A DNA stretch of 64,000 nt from Malacoraja senta. Taxonomy: Eukaryota. Location: positions 18,106,001-18,170,000 of the forward strand of contig CM075990.1 in assembly GCA_038087875.1 (NCBI GenBank), read 5' to 3'. Below the pieces are notes generated by a model, which worked only from the letters and a program-made list of their open reading frames with translations, made no database searches and was not told where the DNA came from. How positions within the stretch are numbered: the first letter of the stretch is position 1; each line of letters opens with the position of its first letter. Both the position numbers and the translations under genes were made by a program. Of this stretch, positions 20,701 to 30,800 are shown piece after piece.

Positions 20701-22701
20701 GTTCATCAGTCTGAGGAAGGTTGCTGACCTGAGATGTCTAATTGTAGAGAAGGAAGTTGGAACATTTCAAACATTAAAATGTTATGTTAATTTGATTTTT
20801 CAGCATCAAGTGTACCTGGATTTGGTCTTTATGGATGTCATAGGAAGGTAAGGCACATATTTCTAACTCTCTTCAGTTTAATGGAATAATTGTGTTACAT
20901 TATTGATGGCTGTTCCAAATTTGTTTCTTCAACATCGAGCAGCTCGCAGTCTCTGGTAGAGACCGATGTCGGGAAGCTCCAAAGAACGCAAAAGGTTCGA
21001 CTAGACCCTGAGTGAGCTGTGATTGAACAGGTGATGGGTGGATACAGGTGAGTGGGTAATGGGCAGATGGGTGGAGTAAGTGACAAAGGCTGAAGGTGAA
21101 AGTGATAAAATATGTTGGATAAGGACAAGAACTGTGAAATGTAAAGCCATAGGGAGGTGGGTTGGGAAGGTAAAAGGGAAATGTGGGACAAGGAGATGGG
21201 AGATGAGTGTACTTCCCTTCACCCCCCAAACACCCTGGTGTGCTAATTGACTGACTAACTAACTAATTAACTCACTAATTAACTCACTAACTAACTAACC
21301 AACTAACACTGGTCCTTTCCCTTCCTCTGTACGCTCATCTCTCAAACAGGAAAGTTGCTGACCTGAGATGTCATCTGTCCATTCCACTTGCAGTCAGGCA
21401 GATTGTGCTTGAACTGCTGAATGCCTCCAGCACTTTGTCTTTAGACAGAGACATATTCCCTGGTTAATGTAATTGTAGTTGTCTCCTGTTACAGGGAAAG
21501 TAGTTTAATATTTGTGGTGTATTAATTTGACTGTTTTGTACATCTTTGTCAGCTCTTGGGATCTGGTCTTTCTGGCGATTACTGTAAGGTAAGGCCCCTG
21601 TTTCAAAACCTCTCTTGGGTTTCAGTGTTTGGGGGAAAGATTAGGCAGCACAGTGGTAGAGTTGCTGCCTCACAGCGCCAGAGACCTGGGTTCAATCCTG
21701 ACAACATGTGTTGTTTGTATGTTCTGCCTGTGACAATGTGGGTTTTCTCCAGGTGTTCTGGCTTCCAACACCAAAGACATTCAGATTTGCAGGTTAATTG
21801 GTTTTAGTAAACTGTCCCTAGTGTGTAGGATAGTGCTCGTGTACGGGGTGATTGCTGGATTGTGGTGACTTGGTGGACCAGAGGGCCTGTTTCCACACTT
21901 TAGTTGGTCTTAATGTATTTATATTAGTACAATGTGAAGAAGGGTCCTGTTCTGAAACGTCACCTATAAATGTTCTGCAGAGATGCTGCCTGACCAGCTG
22001 AGTTACTCCAGCACTCCATGAAACGTCACCTATAAATGTTCTCCAGAGATGCTGCCTGACCTGCTGAGTTACTCCAGCACTGTCTATTTTTTTGTAAACC
22101 AGCACCTGCAGTTCCTTGATTTTCATCCCAAATCTTCCCTGGTTTCAGGGCTTTTACAAACTTTGGCATCTGTACAATGGGTGAATTACAGGGAAAGGAA
22201 ACGGGTCACAGACCAATAAAGCACCATTTTGCAGTAAAGAGAACAATTATATCTAATTTGAGGACAGCAGTCCCAATGTGCAGTGAATTTGTACAACAGG
22301 TCGCTCCAATTTGTGGTCAACACTCCCACCGTGTGGTGATCCGCTGCACTGCAGGCCCATCCAGTTTGTGGTGAACACTCCCACCGTGTGGTGATCCGCT
22401 GCACTGCAGACCCATCCAGTTTGTGGTCAACACTCCCACCGTGTGGTGATCCGCTGCACTGCAGGTCCATGTGACGTGGACAAAGTACTAGTTTAACTCT
22501 GGTCAGGCAGCATCTCTGGAGAACGTAGACAGGAGTATCTTTTTGTCCACATTTACTGCATTGCACCGCATACCGCACAGTGAGGAATTTCTTTAGTCGG
22601 AGGGCGGTGAATCTGTAGAATTCACTGCTACAGAAGGCTGTAGAGGCTGTCGATGGATATTTTTAAATTGGAGATAGATTCTTGATTAGCAATGGCGTTA
22701 A

Positions 22702-24408
22702 CCATATAACATATAACAATTACAGCACGGAAACAGGCCATCTCGGCCCTTCAAGTCCATGCCAAACACTTTTTCTCCCCTAGTCCCATCTACCTGCACT
22801 CAGACCATAACCCTCCATTCCTTTCCCATCCATATACCCATCCAATCTATTTTTAAATGATAAAATCGAACCTGCCTCCACCACTTCCACTGGAAGCTCA
22901 TTCCACACAGCTACCACTCTCTTTGAGTAAAGAAGTTCCCCCTAATGTTACCCCTAAACTTCTGTCCCTTAATTCTCAAGTCATGTCCCCCTTGTTTGAA
23001 TCTTCCCCACTCTCAATGGGAAAAGCTTATCCACGTCAACTCTGTCTATCCCTCTCATCATTTTAAAGATCTCTATCAAGTCCCCCCTTAACCTTCTGCG
23101 CTCCAAAGAATAAAGACCTAACTTGTTCAGCCTTTCTCTGTAATTTAGTTGCTGAAACCCAGGCAACATGCTCGTAAATCTCCTCTGTACTCTCTCTATT
23201 TTGTTGACATCCTTCCTATAATTAGGCAACCAAAATTGTACTCCATACTCCAGAATTGGCCTCACCAATGCCTTGTACAATTTTAAAATTACATCCCAAC
23301 TTCTATACTCAATGCTCTGATTTATAAAGGCCAGCACACCAAAAGCTTTCTTTACCACCCTATCTACATGAGATTCCACCTTCAGGGAACTATGCACAGT
23401 TATTCCTAGATCCCTCTGTTCAACTGCATTCCTCAATTCGCTACCATTTACCATGTACGTCATATTTTGATTTGTCCTGCCAAGATGTAGCACCTCACAT
23501 TTATCAGCATTAAACTCCATCTGCCATCTTTCAGCCCACTCTTCCAAATGGCCTAAATCTCTCTGTAGACTTTGAAAATCTACTTCATTATCCACAACAC
23601 CACCTATCTTAGTATCATCTGCATACTTACTAATCCAAATTTCCACACCATCATCCAGATCATTGATGTACATGACAAACAACAGTGGACCCAACAGACC
23701 CCTGAGGCACCCCACGAGTCACCGGCCTCCAACCTGACAAACAGCCATCCACCATTACTCTCTGGCATCTCCCATTCAGCCACTGTTGAATCCATCTTGC
23801 TACTCCACCATTAATACCCAACAATTGAATCTTCTTAACCAGCCTTCCATGTCAAAGACCTTGTCAAAGGCCTTACTGAAGTCCATATAGACAACATCCA
23901 CTGCTTTACCCTCATCAATTTCCCTAATAACCTCTTTGAAAAATTCTAGAAGATTAGTCAAACATGACCTTCCAGGCACAAATCCATGTTGACTGTTCTT
24001 AATCAGACCCTGTTTATCCAGATGCTTATATATATTATCCCTAAGTATCCTTTCCATTAATTTGCCCACCACTGACGTCAAAGTAACAGGTCTATAATTG
24101 CTAGGTTTACTCTTAGAACCCTTTTTAAACAATGGAACAACATGCGCAGTACGCCAATCCTCCGGCACTATTCCAGTTTCTAATGACATTTGAAATATTT
24201 CTGTCATAGCCCCTGCTATTTCTACACTAACTTCCCTCAATGTCCTAGGGAATATCCTGTCGGGACCTGGAGACTTATCCGTTTTCATATTTTTCAAAAG
24301 TGTCCACACCTCCTCTTCTTTGAATCTCATAGTTTCCATCGCTACTCTGCTTGTTTCCCTTACCTCGCATAATTCCATATCGTTCTCCTTGGTGAATACC
24401 GAAGAAAA
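22702..24408 (-). mobile_element. CR1 LINE RT fragment, unit 2 copy
   Basis: Identical ORFs 22981-23715 and 23800-24486. Confidence 0.92.
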
Positions 24409-24423
24409 TGGAGTTACAGGGAT

Positions 24424-25128
24424 GTGGTCACTCCAACACCACAGGAGGCAGGCAAGTGGATCACGGTTGGGAGAGGCAAGGGGCACAGGCAGGGACTAGA
24501 GAGTACCCCGGTGGCTGTACACCTTGACAGTAAGTACTCCTGTTTGAGCACTGTTGGGGTGGACAGCCTACCTGGGGGTAGTGACAGCGGCCGGGCCTCC
24601 GGTATAGAGACCGGCCCTGTTGCTCAGAAGGGCAAGGAAAAGAAGAGGAGGGCAATACTAATAGGGGACTCTATAGTTGGGGGGTCAGACAGGCGATTCT
24701 GTGGACGCAGTCGGGAGACCCGGATGGTAGTTTGCCTCCCTGGTGCCAGGGTCTGTGATGTGTCTCAACGTGTCCAAGATATCCTGAAAGGGCAGGGAGA
24801 GGAGCCCGAGGTCATGGTACATATAGGTACCAATGACATAGGTAAAAAAAGAGAAGAGGTCCTGATAGGAGAATTTAGGGCGTTAGGAGGGGAGTTAAAG
24901 AGAAGGACAGCAAAGGTAACAATCTCGGGATTACTGCTTGTGCCATGGAGGATAAATGCGTGGCTGAAGGACTGGTGCAGAAGGCAGGGATTCAAATTTC
25001 TGGATCATTGGGACCTCTTTTGTGGAAGGTTCGACCTGTACAAAAAGGATGGTTTGCACTTGAACCTGAGGGGGACCGATATCCTGGCGGGGAGATCTGC
25101 AAAGGCTACTGGGGAGACTTTAAACTAG
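24424..25128 (+). pseudogene. CR1 ORF1 SGNH esterase fragment, unit 2
   Basis: Same translation as 8942-9646. Confidence 0.85.
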
Positions 25129-27881
25129 AATGGTTGGGGGGAGGGACTCAAATAGAGAATGCTATTAGACAGTGTGTGAGGCAGGAGGCAGAGAAGGAAA
25201 GCACTCAGACCCAACATGTAGGGGGGAAAGAAGAAAACAACAATAAACAGAGAATAAGAGGTGGTGGGGTTCTTAAATGGGTGAGCAGAGAAACAGAGGG
25301 GTGTAAAATGCGGGCGGAAGCAATAGGTAGCAAGGTGAAAAGTAAACGTGGCAGGCAGACAAATCCAGGGCAAAAATCAAAAAGAGCCACTTTTCAACAT
25401 AATTGTATAAGGGGTAAGAGCGTTGTAAAAACAAGCCTGAAGGTTTTGTGTCTCAATGCAAGGAGCATTCGTAATAAGGTGGATGAGTTGAACATGCAGA
25501 TAGCAATTAATGATTATGATATAGTTGGGCTCACGGAGACATGGCTCCAGGGTGACCAAGGCTGGGAGCTGAACATCCAGGGATATTCAATATTCAGGAG
25601 GGATAGAGAGAAAGGAAAAGGAGGTGGGGTAGCGTTGCTGGTTAGAGAGGAGATTAACGCAGTGGAAAGGAAGGACATTAGCTTGGAGGATGTGGAATCG
25701 GTATGGGTAGAGCTGCGAAACACTAAGGGGCAGAAAACGCTGGTGGGTGTTGTGTACAGGCCACCTAGCAGTACTAGTGAAGTTGGGGATGGCATCAAAC
25801 AGGAAATTAGAAATGCGTGCAACAAAGGCAAAACAGTTATAATGGGTGACTTCAATCTACATATAGATTGGGTGAATCAAATTGGCAGGGGTGCTGAGGA
25901 AGAGGATTTCTTGGAATGTATGCGGGATAGTTATCTAAACCAACATGTAGAGGAACCAACGAGAGAGCAGGCTATTCTAGACTGGGTATTGAGTAATGAG
26001 GAAGGGTTAGTTAGCAGTCTTGTTGTGCGTGCCCCCTTGGGCAAGAGTGACCATAATATGGTTGAGTTCTTCATTAGGATGGAGAGTGACATTGTTAATT
26101 CAGAAACAACGGTTCTGAACTTAAAGAAAGGAAACTTTGAGGGTATGAGACGTGAATTGGCCAAGATTGACTGGCAATTAGTTCTAAAAGGGTTGACGGT
26201 GGATATGCAATGGAAGGCATTTAAAGACTGCATGGATGAACTACAAAAATTGTTCATCCCAGTTTGGCAAAAGAATAAATCCGGGAAGGTAGTGCATCCG
26301 TGGATAACAAGGGAAATCAGGGATAGTATCAAAGCAAAAGATGATGCATACAAATTAGCCAGAAAAAGCAGCATACCAGAGGACTGGGAGAAATTCAGAG
26401 ACCAACAGAGGAGGACAAAGGGCTTAATTAGGAAAGGGAAAATAGATTATGAAAGGAAACTGGCAGGGAACATAAAAACTGACTGCAAAGGTTTTTATAG
26501 ATATGTGAAGAGAAAGAGATTAGTTAAAACAAATGTAGGTCCCTTGCAGTCAGAAACAGGTGAATTGATCATGGGGAACAAGGATATGGCGGACCCATTG
26601 AATAACTACTTTGGTTCCGTCTTCACTAAGGAAGACATAAATAATCTGCCGGAAATAGCAGGGGGCCGCGGGTCAAAGGAGATGGAGGAACTGAGTGAAA
26701 TCCAGGTTAGTCGGGAAGTGGTGTTGGGTAAATTGAATGGATTAAAGGCCGATAAATCACCAGGGCCAGATAGGCTGCATCCCAGAGTACTTAAGGAAGT
26801 AGCTCCAGAAATAGTGGATGCATTAGTGATAATTTTTCAAAACTCTTTAGATTCTGGAGTAGTTCCTGAGGATTGGAGGGTAGCAAACGTACCACATTTT
26901 GACAAGGTACCACATAAGAGATTAGGATACAAACTTAAATCACACAGTATTGGGGGTTCAGTATTGATGTGGATAGAGAACTGGCTGGCAAACAGGAAGC
27001 AAAGAGTAGGAGTAAACGGGTCCTTTTCACAATGGCAGGCAGTGACTAGTGGGGTACCGCAAGGCTCAGTGCTGGGACCCCAGCTATTTACAATTTATAT
27101 TAATGATCTGGACGAGGGAATTGAAAGCAACATCTCCAAGTTTGCGGATGACACTAAGCTGGGGGGCAGTGTTAGCTGTGAGGAGGATGCTAGGAGACTG
27201 CAAGGTGACTTTGATAGGCTGGGTGAGTGGGCAAATGTTTGGCAGATGCAGTATAATGTGGATAAATGTGAGGTTATCCACTTTGGTGGCGAAAACGGGA
27301 AGGCAGACTATTATCTAAATGGTGGCCGATTAGGAAATGGGGAGGTGCAGCGAGACCTGGGTGTCATGGTACACCAGTCATTGAAAGTAGGCATGCAGGT
27401 GCAGCAGGCAGTGAAGAAAGCGAATGGTATGTTGGCCTTCATAGCAAGAGGATTTGAGTATAGGAGCAGGGAGGTTCTACTGCAGTTGTACAGGGTCTTG
27501 GTGAGACCACACCTGGAGTATTGCGTACAGTTTTGGTCTCCAAATCTGAGGAAGGACATTATAGCCATAGAGGGAGTGCAGAGAAGGTTCACCAGACTGA
27601 TTCCTGGGATGTCAGGACTTTCATATGAAGAAAGACTGGATAGACTTGGCTTATACTCGCTAGAATTTAGGAGATTGAGAGGGGATCTTATAGAAACGTA
27701 CAAAATTCTTATGGGGTTGGACAGGCTAGATGCAGGAAGATTGTTCCCGATGTTGGGGAAGTCCAGGACAAGGGGTCACAGCTTAAGGATAAGGGGGAAA
27801 TCCTTTAAGACCGAGATGAGGAAAAACGTTTTCACACAGAGTGGTGAATCTCTGGAACTCTCTGCCACAGAGGGTAGTTGA
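24945..27881 (+). CDS. 978-aa CR1 ORF2-derived ORF: intact AP-endonuclease, RT with in-frame internal deletion, frameshifted C-terminus
   Basis: Open frame with all APE motifs; ...DWRVANVPHFDKVPH... lacks the LFKKG..NYRP..QHGF..YxDFxKA block. Start codon and expression uncertain. Confidence 0.6.
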   Translation: MEDKCVAEGLVQKAGIQISGSLGPLLWKVRPVQKGWFALEPEGDRYPGGEICKGYWGDFKLEWLGGGTQIENAIRQCVRQEAEKESTQTQHVGGKEENNNKQRIRGGGVLKWVSRETEGCKMRAEAIGSKVKSKRGRQTNPGQKSKRATFQHNCIRGKSVVKTSLKVLCLNARSIRNKVDELNMQIAINDYDIVGLTETWLQGDQGWELNIQGYSIFRRDREKGKGGGVALLVREEINAVERKDISLEDVESVWVELRNTKGQKTLVGVVYRPPSSTSEVGDGIKQEIRNACNKGKTVIMGDFNLHIDWVNQIGRGAEEEDFLECMRDSYLNQHVEEPTREQAILDWVLSNEEGLVSSLVVRAPLGKSDHNMVEFFIRMESDIVNSETTVLNLKKGNFEGMRRELAKIDWQLVLKGLTVDMQWKAFKDCMDELQKLFIPVWQKNKSGKVVHPWITREIRDSIKAKDDAYKLARKSSIPEDWEKFRDQQRRTKGLIRKGKIDYERKLAGNIKTDCKGFYRYVKRKRLVKTNVGPLQSETGELIMGNKDMADPLNNYFGSVFTKEDINNLPEIAGGRGSKEMEELSEIQVSREVVLGKLNGLKADKSPGPDRLHPRVLKEVAPEIVDALVIIFQNSLDSGVVPEDWRVANVPHFDKVPHKRLGYKLKSHSIGGSVLMWIENWLANRKQRVGVNGSFSQWQAVTSGVPQGSVLGPQLFTIYINDLDEGIESNISKFADDTKLGGSVSCEEDARRLQGDFDRLGEWANVWQMQYNVDKCEVIHFGGENGKADYYLNGGRLGNGEVQRDLGVMVHQSLKVGMQVQQAVKKANGMLAFIARGFEYRSREVLLQLYRVLVRPHLEYCVQFWSPNLRKDIIAIEGVQRRFTRLIPGMSGLSYEERLDRLGLYSLEFRRLRGDLIETYKILMGLDRLDAGRLFPMLGKSRTRGHSLRIRGKSFKTEMRKNVFTQSGESLELSATEGS

Positions 27882-30800
27882 CGCCAGTTCATTGGCTATA
27901 TTTAAGAGGGAGTTAGATGTGGCCCTTGTGGCTAAAGGGATCGGGGGGTATGGAGAGAAGGCAGGTACGGGATACTGAGTTGGATGATCAGCCATGATCA
28001 TATTGAATGGTGGTGCAGACTCGAAGGGCCGAATGGCCTACTCCTGCACCTATTTTCTATCTATCTATCTATCTAATTCTATCACCCTGAAGCAACGAAA
28101 TCCTGGAATATTTAGTTTCCAATCACAGCCATCCTGCAACCATGTTTCACTGATCGCCACAACATCATACTTCCCGGTGTCAATCCAGGCTCTAAGCTCA
28201 TCCACCTTTCTTACAATGCTCCTAGCATTTAAATATACACATTTAAGAAACCCACCACCTCTTATTCTCTGTTTATTATCTTTTTCTTCTTTGTCCCCTA
28301 CATGTTGGGTCCGAGTGCTTCCCTTCTCTGCCTCCTGCCTCGCACCCTGACTACTAGCTTTCCCTATTCGAGTCCCTCCCCCCAACCGTTCTAGTTTAAA
28401 GTCTCCCCAGTTGCCTTTGCAAATCTCCCCGCCAGGATATTGGCGTTGAACGTTACGGGGTCTGAATGATGATCTCGTCCCAAAATGTCACCTGTTCCTT
28501 CTCACCAGAGATGCTGCCTGACCCGCTGAGTTACTCCAGCTCGTTGTCTCACCATACATTTGGGTGCATCTACATTGTTACTATCCATTTCTTCAGTACT
28601 CTCGGTTATACTCTCATCCTTGGCTCTGCTCTTGGCCTTTCCACCCTGACTTGACAATTTTTGACTGAAAATCTGGGGGGTTGAGTTTTTCCAGGTATTT
28701 TTAACCAACTGGACACCATTAAATGTTTGTTTATATAGAACGTTTCAATGTCCACGTGTAGAGTACTGCATCAGGCAACAAGGTTGGGAGAACACTTGTG
28801 AAATTTAATGTGTATTTGATGGGGTAACTGGGGTGTTGATGTGCTTGTCAATTGCAAGTCAGTGCTGGAGCAACTCGATGGGTCCAGCAATGTCACTGGA
28901 GAATATGGATTGGTAATTCTGGGTTGGGACTCTTCAGACCCTTAAGAATTTTAGTCTAAATATATTCGACTACCTTAATATTGGTCCAACCTGTAGGAGT
29001 CCTGACTGCAGAGACACAATGGTCCTGGTTGGAGATACATCTCCAGGCATTGTCCACATGTCCAAGTGTTGTTACCTTGAGGACTAGAATCTTCCCACCC
29101 AGGACTGTCTGACCCACTGAGTTACTCCAGCACTTTGTCTAATTGTAGAGAAGGACGTTGGAACATTTCAAACAGTAAAATGTTATGTTAATTTGATTTT
29201 TCAGCATCAAGTCTTCCTGGATTTGGTCATTCTGGAAGTCATAGGAAGGTAAGGTACCTATTTCTAACTCTCTTCAGTTCAATGGGATAAATGTGTTAAA
29301 TTATTGATGGCTTTTCAAAATTTGTTTCTTCAACATCGAGGAGCTTGAAGTCTCTGGTAGAGACCGATGTCGGGAAGTTCCAAAGAACGCAAAAGGTTCA
29401 ACTAGACCCCAAGTGAGCTGGGATTCAACCCCCCGATGCAGGACCCCCGACACGGACGGCCTGACCGCCGGCTATGGGAGTCGAGATCGTGCGTCAACGG
29501 AAGGCTCGAGGCCCCAGACCGCGGGAGACCAAAGAAGGGAAGAGTTTGAAATTTGTGTTCTGTTGCTTTTTATTGGTATGAGTGGATGGTAAATGAAATT
29601 CCTCGAGTTGCAAACATACTTTTTTTGCAACACGAGCCACCCCATGCTTGAATCGTGAGTAAATACACAGTGTTGGAGGAACTTGGTGGGTTTGACAACC
29701 TCTGAAGAAATGGACAGATGACTCATTGGGTCAGGAGCTCTCAGTCTGAAATATGGGGGAGAGCTGGAAATGAGGTGGGGGTTGGGCACTGCCTGACAGG
29801 TGATGGGTGGATTACAGGTGAGTGGGTGATGGGCAAATGGATGGAATAAGTGCCAAAGTCTGAAGGTGGAAGTGATGAAACATGTTGGATAAGGACAAGA
29901 ACTGTGAAATGTAAAACCAGGGTGAGGTGGAGTTGGAAGGTAAAAGGGAAATATGGGACAGTTGAGAGATGAGCACACTTACCTTCATTAACTAAGTAAT
30001 AACTAAATAGTAATAACTAAATAGTAATAACTAAATAGTAATAACTAAATAGTAATAACAACTAACTAGTCCTTTCTTGTACGCTCATTTCTCAAACAGT
30101 TCCATATTCCCTCTATCCATTCCACCCATCTCTCTCCTAGTTTCATATTTCCGTTCTCTGCTTATTTGGCATTTTGTCCCTTTCACCTTGAGCCTTTGGC
30201 ACTCACTCCATCCATATGCTAATCACGCCTCACATGTACCACCTATTTACTTGCTGGCTTTGTCCTGCATGCCTCTGCATCTTTTCACTCTCTCATCAGT
30301 CTTTGGAAGGTTGCTGACCTGAGATGTCATCTGTCCATTCCACTTGCAGTTAGGCAGATTGTGCCTGTACTGCTGAATGCCTCCAGCACTTTGTCTTTGG
30401 ACAGAGCCATGTTCCCTGGTTGTAGTTGGCTCCTGTTACAGGGAAAATAGAGTTTAATATTTTTGACTGGAGCTCTGTGGGATTGGGTTTTTCCAGGTAT
30501 TTTTAACCATCTGGACACCACTGAATGTTTGTTTATATCTAATATCTAACGTTTAAATGTCCACGTGAGGAGTAAGGCATCGGGCAACAAGGTTGGGAGA
30601 ACACTTGTGAAATATAATGGGTATTTGATGTAACTGGGGTGTTGCTGTGCTTGTAAATTGTGTCAGTGCTGGAGCAACTCGATGGGTACAGCAACATCGC
30701 TGGGGAACATGGATTGGTAATTCTGGGTAGGGACTCTTCAGACCTTAATCTCTTGAGCTAGTCTAAATATATTCGACTACATTAATATTGGTCCAACCTG

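Larger units (their letters stand above)
5546..21026. repeat. Macrosatellite unit 1 (15,481 bp)
   Basis: All ORFs and sequence recur at +15,480 to +15,483; junction gattga|acaggtgatgggtggatacagg at 21027. Confidence 0.95.
13174..21026. repeat. Sub-array of ~1.8-kb modules, ~4.5 copies (also ~28657-36506, 44118-54279, 61891-64000)
   Basis: Marker tttttcag|catc recurs at 13722, 15529, 17828, 19622 and 20804. Confidence 0.93.
24409..28075 (+). mobile_element. Composite CR1 LINE, unit 2 copy (least disrupted)
   Basis: ORF1 24424-25128 and continuous ORF2 24945-27881. Confidence 0.92.

Noticed and set aside
13989..21229. Many 60-170 aa ORFs in the 1.8-kb modules
   Set aside because: Low-complexity translations of repeat arms; frames are not preserved between diverged modules; no recognisable domain.
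24409..28075. Autonomous active LINE
   Set aside because: 5'-truncated, chimeric, RT internally deleted and C-terminus frameshifted (TQSGESLEL instead of TQRVVNLWN).
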